Assembly: GCA_964537315.1 (NCBI GenBank)
Contig: CAZIAP010000003.1
Coordinates: 463-64,462 of the forward strand
Source: an uncultured Gammaproteobacteria bacterium
GTDB lineage: Bacteria > Patescibacteriota > Microgenomatia > Levybacterales > GWA1-39-11
Direction of reading: 5' to 3'
DNA: 64,000 nucleotides
A program made the translations under genes and the position numbers. The notes under the pieces were generated by a model that made no database searches, was not told the origin of the DNA, and saw only the letters and a program-made list of their open reading frames with translations. Of the stretch, positions 26,762 to 37,374 are shown in pieces (the stretch's first letter is position 1; every line of letters begins with the position of its first letter).

Positions 26762-28342
26762 TTAATATACGTCTACACCTTCCATATCAATCCCTTCAAA
26801 GTGTACTTCTTGTAAAAGTGGGGGTGTGGAAGTTGGTGTCTCAGTTGTGTATGTGATCGATATTTTTGCAGCAAGACTTGCATTTAAAGAGTAATCTTGC
26901 CAAGAAACTGTCAGTGAAGGGCCTACTGTACTATCATTCCATACTGCAAATCTCATAGAGTTGCCAGATACCCACCCTGGACGGTCGACGATTTCTTGAA
27001 CAATTGGTGAGATATCAGGGCTTGTTACCCAAGCAGGAGCTCCCCAATTAGGCCAGGTTGCAGGATCCCAATCAACTCCTGCAGTTGTTTGGGTAATCTC
27101 ATGAGGCCTATTTCCTCCTGAACTTGACCATGCAGCAGGGTTATCAGCATCGTCACCCCAAATTTTTAAATGAACATTACTAACAGAGCCAGGATCATCA
27201 ATTCCCTCACCGTATACTTGTATAGTTGATGAAGTTACTGTAGCTCCAGAAGGTATCGTCACATTGGTAAAACGTAAGCCCACATGTTCGCCTAGATTAT
27301 CCCAGGTACCTGCATATAAATATCCGTCGTATCCATTATTAGAGTAGTGGTCAAAGGATTGACCGTAGTAAACATCGTTATTGGTATCATTTACCTGAAG
27401 GTCAATTGTAGGGTCAATCATCACAGGATATTGAGCTTGTTTGAGCCATGTATATGGCGTGGCTACCGAAGCAGTAGTTTTCCCATTCTCATGCTCAAGA
27501 GTGAATTTAAGCTTTGAGTCTGTAGATCCTGATGATGAAATCAACAACTTTTCTCTGCCGCGGTTAGAGTCGCGTGCGACTGCCGGAGGAAAAGCATAAA
27601 GAGGGTCATTATTTTTATCAGCGAATAGTACTCCATTTTTAATGTCTGTTTTACCCTTTGAAAGGATCAACTCAGTGACTCCTTCTTCTGTTGGTAGCAT
27701 AACCATTGTTCCTTCAGCCATGTCAATTGCCAGTTTGAGTTCAAGATATGCATTAGAAATTTTAGGCTCAGGTAACGAATCGTGCGTATTAATTATAAGT
27801 TCTTTAATTACTTGGGTGCTTGTTGTGGTAAAACGCATATCAATTCCGTCTCCATAGATGTTTTTGTAAGTAATTGTATTGTCTTTTGCTACAGCTGAAG
27901 CGGTTTTGTCAGGATGTGCAATGAGCTGTTTTTGTCCTTGATCATTGACAAAGTAGAGTGCTTGTGGAGTCATCTGAAGCGGTTTTTGATCTTTTTCTAC
28001 TCGTACAATTGATTTGTCTCCTACCGTATCTCTAAAATATGCCTGATGATCTGATGCAGACAGTTGGTACTGATATGTTCCGTTCGCTTTGACTATATTT
28101 GTATCATATGATTTCCAGATATTATCTCCATCTTTAAACCATCTTGGTGCAAGAGTCGTTTCAATTGTGTAGGTATCTTTCCCATCTATCTTTCCTTTAT
28201 ACTTTTTTACAGAGTAGGCAGTCTGTTCTACAATTTTTTCAGTTTGAGAAGAGGGTGGCTTATTACCTCTAAAAATGACATAGGCTATTGCGCTAAGTAT
28301 GAGTATGCCAATAATACATACTATGATATGTTTGCGTTGCAT
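26762..28342 (-). CDS. N-terminally anchored exported protein (hypothetical), downstream of giant protein 1
   Basis: It has an N-terminal TM 'IIVCIIGILILSAIAYVIF'. It is 526 aa long and lies 88 nt after the giant gene, on the same strand. Confidence 0.55.
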   Translation of the reverse strand: MQRKHIIVCIIGILILSAIAYVIFRGNKPPSSQTEKIVEQTAYSVKKYKGKIDGKDTYTIETTLAPRWFKDGDNIWKSYDTNIVKANGTYQYQLSASDHQAYFRDTVGDKSIVRVEKDQKPLQMTPQALYFVNDQGQKQLIAHPDKTASAVAKDNTITYKNIYGDGIDMRFTTTSTQVIKELIINTHDSLPEPKISNAYLELKLAIDMAEGTMVMLPTEEGVTELILSKGKTDIKNGVLFADKNNDPLYAFPPAVARDSNRGREKLLISSSGSTDSKLKFTLEHENGKTTASVATPYTWLKQAQYPVMIDPTIDLQVNDTNNDVYYGQSFDHYSNNGYDGYLYAGTWDNLGEHVGLRFTNVTIPSGATVTSSTIQVYGEGIDDPGSVSNVHLKIWGDDADNPAAWSSSGGNRPHEITQTTAGVDWDPATWPNWGAPAWVTSPDISPIVQEIVDRPGWVSGNSMRFAVWNDSTVGPSLTVSWQDYSLNASLAAKISITYTTETPTSTPPLLQEVHFEGIDMEGVDVY

Positions 28343-28430
28343 ACATTTAAGTATAGAGGATTGAAGATTTATGATTCAATACATTTAGCGTGACTTGGCT
28401 AGGCACTTGGGGTGAATTGTAAATAATTTC

Positions 28431-31400
28431 TTAGTTGATAATTAAGAAATTAAATCTTATATCTTCTTCGACTGTCTTCTTTATCTTCACAGTGAATGAC
28501 GCGCTTTGTGATGATGCCTCACTTCGCTGCTCGAATATGAAAGGAGATTCTCCAAAAGTGTCACTAACAGGTGTTACATAAATTAATGAATTTTCAGTAA
28601 CATGAGGGTTCTCAATGGTTCTAATTGTTTCTCCTGCAGTAATAGTTGCTACGCCTGCTGATGCAGATGCTTGAGATAAGGTTGGAGATATATCAATGAT
28701 GTCATCAGTTGTGACATTAAGCGTTTTGGTTGTTAGTACTCCCGCCACCGCCACATTCTTTTCGAACTCCACGTTTTCAGTGAATCTAACAGTACCGTCA
28801 GTGTTGAAAGTAACAGCCCCAGCCATGATTGAGACAGGTTGTTGCTTAAGCGGTTGGATCTCAAGAGTGTCTGAGAGAGTATTGATAGAGTTTGAGTTAA
28901 TGACAAGTTCACCTGCACCGATAGCAAGGGTTTCTGTAATGGCCGCTTCTCGAAGGGTAGTGGTACCCAGAACTGTTAAGTCTGCATTAATGGTTGCAAA
29001 ATCAAAGTCTGCAAAATCAGCCTCAATACCTGCACCTAGGTCAAAGAAAGCACTACTTGAGGCAGTCAGACCAGAGATATTCTCAACGATAAGGTTTTTA
29101 ACTGTCAAGGTTTCTATACTTCCTTCATCAGCAATAATCTCAGGAGTGGTTACCGAACCTGCAAACTTTGCATTACCTGACAAGTCTACCGAGAAGAGAG
29201 CTCCTTGAGTTGATGTTTTATCCATGATTGAGAGCTTAGAATCACCAGTAATTACCTTAAAGTCAGACATGGCAATTTCATCAGTCGTAATTTTACCTGC
29301 AGCAAGCGTATTGTTGATAGTTAGACTATCGCTAGACAAGAATGAAGCATTAATATTTTCAAATAGTCCTGATGTGGCTACCAGGTTTGTAGCAAAGATA
29401 TCTTCACTCTCTATCTTGCCTGATTTGAGGTTGGCGATTGTGGCAGTGGAATAAACTCCAGTTTTATCAATAATATCTCCTGAATCATCTAAAGCCAGCC
29501 AATTTCCGTTATCCTCAACTATTTGTATATTTCCATCTGAGGCTATTTGTACAGCAGGGTCGTACCAAATTCCTTTGACAAAAATCATGACTGTACCAAC
29601 TTGATTAGGATCTGTATTGCTGTAGCTCTCAAGTGCTTGACCTACAATGAATCCTGCACGAGTTGCTTTCATACCTATACCTTCTTTTGAGGAGGAAGTA
29701 ATGTAGTCTCCAGGTTGGATTGCCCCATTTTCAGAAGTAACTTTAACCGGAACACGTCCTGCAAGAGCAATAGGTTGAGGATTATCAACAGAATTAATAT
29801 TATGTCCTATGCTGTTGAAATCTCCAGCTTTTGATTTATCGGACACGACACCTATGATTGATGATTGATATGGTTTTGTCGTCTTGACTAGCTGTTTGAT
29901 ATTGTCGCCATCTTTGGTTGTAACTGTATTAGAACCGATTGTAACCAAATCACCTAACCCTGTACCTGCTGCAACTGGATACATTTCCATGTAATCTGCG
30001 ACTGGGTCTGCATCACAGTCGTATATCAGCGATGCACCGCTATTGTCCCAGCAAAGAGCTGATCCTCCTCCGGAGCTTGCTGGAGTCAAATAGACATTAC
30101 CAGCTCCGCTTGGGCCTAAGACTAGTTCTGCTTCCGTTGGGGTACTGTCACCAATTCCGATATTTCCATTTACACTAACTACAGATAATGGGGTACCCGA
30201 AGAATTACGCCACTCCTGTAGATTTCCTGTTTGGCTAGTAATAGCCTGTACTGATAGAGTCGTGGCAGTTGTTCCACCGCTGAACATGTGGGCGGCTCCT
30301 CCTGATTCGGAATAGTGTATAGTGGTTTCACCAGAGCCGCCTTCTCTATATACTCCCCCCGTAGGTCTAATGGTTCCATTGATACGAAGATGAGTACTAA
30401 TATATGCAATATCCGTAAATGGTGCAAATCCCAGGGTGAAAAATCCACTTGATCCTACTTCTTCAAACGTAATCTTAGGAGAATTTGTGGTGTCTGATGC
30501 AAGGTGTAAAATTGATGCAGGTTGAAAAATGTTACCTCCGATACCATTGATACCCACATATCCAACATTATCTATTATAAATTTTGTTTGACCTGATGCA
30601 CTGGCAGTCAATATATCCTGATCTCCTGTTTCATTAAGTATCGTCAAGGCTTTTCCTACTGTAGAACCTTGAACATTAAATCCACCGAGAGCAGTTGCAA
30701 CTTGGTTTACTCCAATTGCTGTATTTCCGGTATCTACAACGAGAAGTCTATTGACATCTGCCCCGTTGCGGACTGCAAAACCAGTTGTACCATTTGATGC
30801 TCCTAGTTCTGCGACTAGATTCGAGCCAGAATTTAAATAAAGTCCTCCGATTGCAGTACCAATAGTTGCAAAGTTTGATGACCCGTCGTTAAAGTCAAGA
30901 CTACCTGCAAGATATAGGCTATCCCACCTAGAACCAGTTGATCCAAGATTATAGGCATCATTAGTTGTGGGTCCAATATCTCCAGCGACCTGAAGCTTGA
31001 AAGAAGGAGTAGTAGTTCCTATGCCCAAATTACCTGTACCTAAGTTAAACCATGCGTGTTGATTAGTGGTGCCTGGTAATCTAATTAATGCGCTTGAAGT
31101 AGAAGTCGCGCCTAGGGTTACATCCATAAAAGGGTGTACTAAGTGCACAGCTCCATTTGTCATGTCCCAATGATTCGTAGTAGTTCCATCACCGCCACAG
31201 TCTCCCCATTTATATGTGCCATCACCATTTGACTGTAGACATTTATTCAGAGTCCCCACACTAGCAAGCTGAGTAAGTACTCCGGAGCCATCAGTGTAGA
31301 GTAGACCCCCATCGGTAGTAAAGTCAGGAAGAGTAATAGATGAGCCATGGATTGTGACGGCATCTGCACCATCACCTAAATTGAGCACACCATTTGCAGT

Positions 31401-34400
31401 CAACGTACCATTAAAGGTTGAAGTACCACTAGTAGTAAGATTTCCCCCATCTGCAATTACAAATACATCATCTACATCAAACCCACCATTTGCATTTATA
31501 TTTGCAGCAAATGTTGAGATCCCTGCCACAGATAAGGTTGAATCGAGTGATGTCGCGCCAGTTGCATTAACTGTACCGACTACCGATAAGTTATGTGAAG
31601 GGTTGGCAATACCGATTCCTACATTTCCATCGTTTTGTATTACAAACCGTGTAGTCCCTGAAGCGCTGGCTGTAAATATCGCCTGATCTCCAGTTTCATT
31701 AAATATTGCAAGAGCCTTGCCTGTATCTTTTCCGTGTATCATGAGTTTTCCTGTATCTGGGGCAGTGAACCCTAAACGAAGATTACCGGACTCATCGAAG
31801 TGAGTAAGTACTTCATTTGTGCTACTTAAGAAGTCCAATAACCTTCCTGATTGGCCGAATGATCCCTTGATAGCGGTTAAGTTAGTAGCAGTATTATAGC
31901 CTTGAACCAGAAGTGAGTAGTCAGACGCGCCAGTACCGTTTACAAAACTAGGCGGTATTGTTTCACCTCGTGCTCCTAATATCTCGATACCATGGTACGA
32001 GTAGAGCTGCAGCTTACCGCCATTTGATGTCTGCAAAGCGTTTGCCTGATCACCCAACTGAACTCTTGCTGCCTCACCACTTGAGTATTCATTGCCTCCC
32101 ACACTAATAGTTCGAGGGCTTGTAGTGTTAGATCCGTCGATATTTAGATAGAGATTGCCACTATTTTGAACGACAAGTCGCGTAGTGCCCGAAGCACTAG
32201 CAACTAATAGGTTTTGTCCACTTGTTTCATCAAAGATAGCAAGTGCTCTACCGGTGGAGCCTTGTACAACGAGTCCTCCTAAATTTGTTGTCCCTGTAAC
32301 ATTTGCGTTACCCGCAACTGAAAGTTTGTGAAACGGATTTGTTAATCCTATTCCTACATTACCTGTACCTGAAAAAGCGAAGTTGTTGCTGTTAAGTGCA
32401 ATATTTGTTGCCCCTGTAAGTGTCCCTCCAAGGGTGATGGTGTTACTAGTTCTTGTAAGTCCGTTACTGAATGTGAGTGGAGCTTCATACAGAGAAGATA
32501 TATCAGACCAAACAGGGGAGCTTCCATTTGAAGTTAGGACAAAGCCATTACTTCCAATACCCAGAGTGTTCATAACACCAGTTCCACTTCCGTAGAGTAG
32601 AGAGCCTGAGATAAGAGATGTTACTCCTGTACCCCCGTTACCAACTGGTAAAGTACCTGTTACCTCGCTAGTCAAGTCTACAGATGTACCAAGAGTCGTT
32701 GATAACGTATTTCCAGATACTTGTAACCCTGAGCCTGCGAAATCGGAAATTGTGTCTCCACTGATTATCAATGAAGTTAGCGCAAGCGTATTAAATGTTG
32801 GAGATGAGGAAATAGTAAGGGCTTGACCAGTATCAAATTCTAGCTCATTGTCTCCGATTGAGTTTGCAGTGACTGACAAGGTGTGTGCAATACCTTCACC
32901 TGTGGTCGCGCCTGTTGAAGTAATGGTAGAGCTGCCTGTAATCGTTGCTACATAATTTCCTGTGGTGTGTGTTGTAAGCGCGATTAGGTTGTTAAGTGAA
33001 CTTGCGCCTGTTCCACCATTTGCAACAGGGAGTATCCCTGAAATATCTGTAGTTAGATCGATTTGATTTAATGTAATTACTTGGTCTGCAAGAGTGAGAT
33101 AATTATACGACCCTGCAAGAGAGACAGGATCATGAGCTGCACCTGAAATAGAGGAGTCAAGGTCAGCAAGAACGCCTTGGACAGTTGTAGCAGAAGAGTT
33201 TGTAAATTCGTCAAACACGCCTACGAGTGAAGCACCTGAAGTTAAATTATTAGACCCTGTGTCTGCTAAGCCAATTGAACCCACAGTGACTGATCCGAAC
33301 GTAGCGTTTCCTACAGTAGAAAGAGTAGAGCCTAATGTAACTGCCCCTGTTATGTTAGTGGTTCCAGTTACGGATAGTTTATGTAGCGGGTTTGTAGTTC
33401 CTATGCCTACATTTCCGTTATCAAATATGCTGGAATCATTTACTGCGAACTGTCCTGAAAACTTGGCAATAAAGTTAGTGGTTCCGGAACCTCCTAGGCC
33501 AGCACCAGTCCCTGAACAGTTACCTGATGTAAGACAGAATGTTCCACTACTATCTGGTAGAGTATATGTTTGATCACTTGTTAAGGTTGCAACTGTAAGT
33601 TCTCCTTCAAAACCTGAATTGTGCCAGAATAATGATGATCCAGAGCCTCCTGTTGTAAACGCGTTTCCAGATGGCACATCTCCTACAGCGCTGATGTCAC
33701 CAGCACCCGCTATGCCTGAGACTTCTTGCCACGATAACGTGCCTGCACTGTTTGAGGTTAGTACATAACCAGAACTTGCTGCATCCGTACCCGGCCATGT
33801 GTAGGTGACTCCGTTTAACTGTGTAGTACCTATATTTACTAAGTTACCAGATGAGTTTATGCGTACAGTACCGGCACCTGCGCCGGTATTGAGACCAGTA
33901 GTTGCGTTTAGCGTTGTTCCAGTTATGGTGTTAGTGGTTGAGATAATTCCAAAGCCTGATGCTATCGATCCAGAGGACAATGCTCCAGTAGAAGTAAGAG
34001 ATGAATTCGTAACTCCTGAACCAAGAGTTGATGCGCTAAGCACAGCAGTTCCGTTAATTAGATACGAGTTACTAGTAGAAATATTGATACTACCGGCAAC
34101 GTCTAGTTTTGCAGTACTTGGAGTCATCGTGCCAATTCCGAAGTTTCCGCCTGAAGCAAACCAACCGTGTTCATTAGACACACCAGGTAATCTAATAAGT
34201 GCACTACTTGTCGCATTACTTCCTATTAAGAGATCGTCTGATATATTTAGTGGAGCAATGCTACCCGTGTTTCTTTGCCAGTAGTTCAGTCCTGCTCCTG
34301 CTGCGGATTGCCATGTAGGTACTCCAGATGATATAGAAAGAACTGTCCCCTCAGCACCCGCTGAGAGTGCAGAAAGCACGTCGGCAGCTGACGCGTAAAG

Positions 34401-36782
34401 TATTGATCCTTGAGCAATTGTTGTAAGCCCTGTTCCACCTCTGGTAGGTGAGAGAGTTCCGGTAGTACCTGATCCTATCGGTAGACTAGTTGCATCAGTC
34501 AAATTAAAAGCAGGAGTCGTATCAGATTGTCCTAGCTGCAAGGTAATACCACCGTAATTTACGGTACTGCTTACTAAGGCAGATAGAGAAATTGACCCTG
34601 CAGGGAGTGTAATTGTTCCTCCACTTACCGTTAATCCATTTGAAATATATGCATTTCCCGTAACATCCAATGTTGCGTTTGATGCTGTAGTGTTACCAAT
34701 ACCAAGATTTCCGGTGTTAATAAATGAGTTTTGTCCTGCAGTTCCTGTAAACTTTATGAGTGCGCTACTTGTCGCATTACTTCCTATTAAGAGATCGTCT
34801 GATATATTTAAGGGGGCAACCGTACCTGCGTTGCGCTGCCAAAATGTTAAGCCTGCTCCAGATACGCTTGCCCAGGTTGGAACTCCCCCTGAAACAACCA
34901 ATACTTCATTTACAGAACCTATCGGAAGTTTAGTAAGTGTATTTGATCCAGATGCAAAAAGAATATCTCCGGTGGAGTATGTGGACTGACCTGTTCCACC
35001 TCTTGTTTCATCAACAACACTTTCAACAGCCCATGTTCCGCTTGTAATATATGGCACTCCGTTTGATCCTGATGTATTTAGTCCAGTTCCTCCGTAGGCT
35101 GTTCCAATAGCAGTTGCATTCCATGTGCCTGAGGTAATATTTCCTGACGTGTTAATCTGGAAAGCGTTTGCAGTGCCTGAGGTAAATGTTCCCGAGGTAT
35201 CAAGATTACCAGTAATCCCCACGGTTGAACCGTCATCCGTAATCGATGAATCTCCAATCGATGAACTACCTGTAAATTTTGCAAGCGTATTGGTAGTACC
35301 TGAACCTGAAAGAGCTCCTACTCCAGAAACTGATTGCCATGATAGTACTCCAAGTCCATTAGTAGTCAATACGTAGTTATTGCTTCCGTCATCTAGGGGG
35401 AGAGTATAAGTTGTGCTCTGAGCAAGTGCAGCAGGAGACTGAAATGACACATAATGTGAAGAATCACCATCTGCAAATAATAAGCTGCTTTGGTTCTTTA
35501 GTTGTATGGGAGATGTAAACTCCCAAGTTCCAGAAATAACTTCGTTTTGGTTACTTCGGGTAATTAGCGAGTTGGTATAGTCGATTACAATATTTACCTC
35601 GCCGCTTGGTAGTTCACTGAGGTCAAAATCAGTTCCGCTAAAATCAAGTGTATCAGCAGCATTCGTTAAAAGTAGACCTCCTTCTTTAACGTTTACAACA
35701 CCAGCACTCATACCTCCTACATCAGGCGCACATTCCCATACTTGAGATATATTATCCCATTTCAAAACATCGCCATCGTCACATCCTTGCAAGAGAGATA
35801 GTTGATTAGAACCAGTTCCGGCAAACTCTAAACCTGAATTTGAAGACATACTTCCGATGCCGTCAGAAGAACTTAAAAGATCTATTACGAGCGAGTTTGA
35901 TGCAATATTTAACCCATTTCCGGTTAGGCTAGTAAAAGAATTTCCATCTCCACCTATTTGCAAAGAACCTGAAGCAAGGATATTACCTGATACGACTAAT
36001 TTTTCAGTCGGTGTGCTCGTGCCAATCCCTACATTACCTGTGCTGTTTGTGAGATAAACAGAGTTTGCAGACTCTGTCCAGGGTGAAGAAGTTGCAGTTC
36101 CAGTTATGGTGATTGTTTTTGTACTTGTATTAGTCGAGAGGATAATTCCGTTTCCTGCCGCAAAGGTTATAGTATCTCCTGTACTACCTGCAGAAAAAGA
36201 AGATCCTCCTGCTGTAATAGTAGAAAATATGTTTTGATCGTCTGTGTCAGTTATGGTTGAGGAGATGGTTAAGCCGTCAATTTCGATACCGTCTCCTGCA
36301 CTTAGCGTAATTGCTCCAGTCTGTCCTGCGAGTGACAGAACACCTGTATTCGAAAGAGTAGGAGACTGTCCACCCGTTGAAGCTAGTCCAGCTCCAACTG
36401 ATACAGCATTAATAATATTAGGACCTGTTATCCCAGCTTCAAACACTGCGTCACCTCGTACTACCAGAGCGTCACGATAAAGCGTAGGGAGATTAATTGC
36501 TAATGTTCCTTTAACCTCACTACCATCTGGATTTAGTTCAGGTAAATCAGCAAGGTTTTCTGTAGGCACCTCAGGTTGCTGTCGAGAATTAAGACTTAAA
36601 TACGAAAAGCTAATGAAAACTATGATTAGTATAGCGGTCAAGGGAGCGGCGTATGCCAACATATATTTTCGTATATTGCCTGAGGATTTATTATCGTAAA
36701 CCTTTAGAGGGTTAACTTTTGGCGCAGGAATAGGTATTTCATGTGAAAGCTGATCCTTAATTTGTCCTAAGTTCTTATCCAT
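28431..36782 (-). CDS. giant repetitive cell-surface protein 1 (2783 aa)
   Basis: It has an N-terminal TM anchor 'LAYAAPLTAILIIVFISFSYL'. It is rich in G/T/S/N beta-type repeats ('GNVGIGTTNP..KLSV.G..NITG'; 'LPVANGGTGASSLNNLI'). The C-terminal ~215 aa are identical to giant protein 2. Confidence 0.85.
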   Translation of the reverse strand: MDKNLGQIKDQLSHEIPIPAPKVNPLKVYDNKSSGNIRKYMLAYAAPLTAILIIVFISFSYLSLNSRQQPEVPTENLADLPELNPDGSEVKGTLAINLPTLYRDALVVRGDAVFEAGITGPNIINAVSVGAGLASTGGQSPTLSNTGVLSLAGQTGAITLSAGDGIEIDGLTISSTITDTDDQNIFSTITAGGSSFSAGSTGDTITFAAGNGIILSTNTSTKTITITGTATSSPWTESANSVYLTNSTGNVGIGTSTPTEKLVVSGNILASGSLQIGGDGNSFTSLTGNGLNIASNSLVIDLLSSSDGIGSMSSNSGLEFAGTGSNQLSLLQGCDDGDVLKWDNISQVWECAPDVGGMSAGVVNVKEGGLLLTNAADTLDFSGTDFDLSELPSGEVNIVIDYTNSLITRSNQNEVISGTWEFTSPIQLKNQSSLLFADGDSSHYVSFQSPAALAQSTTYTLPLDDGSNNYVLTTNGLGVLSWQSVSGVGALSGSGTTNTLAKFTGSSSIGDSSITDDGSTVGITGNLDTSGTFTSGTANAFQINTSGNITSGTWNATAIGTAYGGTGLNTSGSNGVPYITSGTWAVESVVDETRGGTGQSTYSTGDILFASGSNTLTKLPIGSVNEVLVVSGGVPTWASVSGAGLTFWQRNAGTVAPLNISDDLLIGSNATSSALIKFTGTAGQNSFINTGNLGIGNTTASNATLDVTGNAYISNGLTVSGGTITLPAGSISLSALVSSTVNYGGITLQLGQSDTTPAFNLTDATSLPIGSGTTGTLSPTRGGTGLTTIAQGSILYASAADVLSALSAGAEGTVLSISSGVPTWQSAAGAGLNYWQRNTGSIAPLNISDDLLIGSNATSSALIRLPGVSNEHGWFASGGNFGIGTMTPSTAKLDVAGSINISTSNSYLINGTAVLSASTLGSGVTNSSLTSTGALSSGSIASGFGIISTTNTITGTTLNATTGLNTGAGAGTVRINSSGNLVNIGTTQLNGVTYTWPGTDAASSGYVLTSNSAGTLSWQEVSGIAGAGDISAVGDVPSGNAFTTGGSGSSLFWHNSGFEGELTVATLTSDQTYTLPDSSGTFCLTSGNCSGTGAGLGGSGTTNFIAKFSGQFAVNDSSIFDNGNVGIGTTNPLHKLSVTGTTNITGAVTLGSTLSTVGNATFGSVTVGSIGLADTGSNNLTSGASLVGVFDEFTNSSATTVQGVLADLDSSISGAAHDPVSLAGSYNYLTLADQVITLNQIDLTTDISGILPVANGGTGASSLNNLIALTTHTTGNYVATITGSSTITSTGATTGEGIAHTLSVTANSIGDNELEFDTGQALTISSSPTFNTLALTSLIISGDTISDFAGSGLQVSGNTLSTTLGTSVDLTSEVTGTLPVGNGGTGVTSLISGSLLYGSGTGVMNTLGIGSNGFVLTSNGSSPVWSDISSLYEAPLTFSNGLTRTSNTITLGGTLTGATNIALNSNNFAFSGTGNVGIGLTNPFHKLSVAGNANVTGTTNLGGLVVQGSTGRALAIFDETSGQNLLVASASGTTRLVVQNSGNLYLNIDGSNTTSPRTISVGGNEYSSGEAARVQLGDQANALQTSNGGKLQLYSYHGIEILGARGETIPPSFVNGTGASDYSLLVQGYNTATNLTAIKGSFGQSGRLLDFLSSTNEVLTHFDESGNLRLGFTAPDTGKLMIHGKDTGKALAIFNETGDQAIFTASASGTTRFVIQNDGNVGIGIANPSHNLSVVGTVNATGATSLDSTLSVAGISTFAANINANGGFDVDDVFVIADGGNLTTSGTSTFNGTLTANGVLNLGDGADAVTIHGSSITLPDFTTDGGLLYTDGSGVLTQLASVGTLNKCLQSNGDGTYKWGDCGGDGTTTNHWDMTNGAVHLVHPFMDVTLGATSTSSALIRLPGTTNQHAWFNLGTGNLGIGTTTPSFKLQVAGDIGPTTNDAYNLGSTGSRWDSLYLAGSLDFNDGSSNFATIGTAIGGLYLNSGSNLVAELGASNGTTGFAVRNGADVNRLLVVDTGNTAIGVNQVATALGGFNVQGSTVGKALTILNETGDQDILTASASGQTKFIIDNVGYVGINGIGGNIFQPASILHLASDTTNSPKITFEEVGSSGFFTLGFAPFTDIAYISTHLRINGTIRPTGGVYREGGSGETTIHYSESGGAAHMFSGGTTATTLSVQAITSQTGNLQEWRNSSGTPLSVVSVNGNIGIGDSTPTEAELVLGPSGAGNVYLTPASSGGGSALCWDNSGASLIYDCDADPVADYMEMYPVAAGTGLGDLVTIGSNTVTTKDGDNIKQLVKTTKPYQSSIIGVVSDKSKAGDFNSIGHNINSVDNPQPIALAGRVPVKVTSENGAIQPGDYITSSSKEGIGMKATRAGFIVGQALESYSNTDPNQVGTVMIFVKGIWYDPAVQIASDGNIQIVEDNGNWLALDDSGDIIDKTGVYSTATIANLKSGKIESEDIFATNLVATSGLFENINASFLSSDSLTINNTLAAGKITTDEIAMSDFKVITGDSKLSIMDKTSTQGALFSVDLSGNAKFAGSVTTPEIIADEGSIETLTVKNLIVENISGLTASSSAFFDLGAGIEADFADFDFATINADLTVLGTTTLREAAITETLAIGAGELVINSNSINTLSDTLEIQPLKQQPVSIMAGAVTFNTDGTVRFTENVEFEKNVAVAGVLTTKTLNVTTDDIIDISPTLSQASASAGVATITAGETIRTIENPHVTENSLIYVTPVSDTFGESPFIFEQRSEASSQSASFTVKIKKTVEEDIRFNFLIIN
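28775..29428. repeat. ~655-bp near-identical segment shared with 37757-38411
   Basis: About 570 bp are identical ('gtgaatctaacagtaccgtcagtgttgaaagtaacagccccagccat...cttgcctgatttga'). A few mismatches occur near the 5' edge. Confidence 0.85.
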
Positions 36783-37374
36783 ATTAACAGCTAAAAATAC
36801 TATGAGATTAATTATCTATATAAAAAATCAATTGTTTTAGCTACAATTTTAAGTTCATGAAAAGCATAGTATATATAGTGTAGGGAAGGTTTGAAAAATA
36901 TGTCAATAGTTTTGTGAAAAGTTGACCTATTACGAAACAGTTAAGTAATAGTTGTTCTTTTACTATAAGGTTTGTATTTTAATTTCTGATTAATACAGCT
37001 GTTTTATTTGTAACAAATCAGGCACTATATGAGATTAATAACTTATTGTCAAAACATCAATTGTAAGAATAGATAAATAGCACTTAATTTTAGGGTCTAA
37101 TTACCAATTAGATTGTTAAATCAGTCTAAACAGTGATCAAAAAGAGTATACGAAAAGGGGTATATTAAATATTTTTCTTCAAATAGATAATGTGCGTGAA
37201 AAATTATCGTTTTAGCGTGAAACAGCCGTAAGGATTTATGATAATATGTAAAATTTATCAAATAGTATTTTATTATTTACAAATATGAGAGTAAAGGAAA
37301 TATTATTTTCACGAGTGATAAGTGTTTATACTCAGAGTAATTTACATACAATTTAGGTATTATTCTACTCTTAT

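Noticed and set aside
37190-37260. 13-mer 'ttttagcgtgaaa' shared between the giant-gene intergenic region and 58480-58495
   Set aside because: It is a single short match in AT-rich DNA, and the expected number of chance 13-mer matches in 64 kb is well above 1. It is not treated as a regulatory motif.
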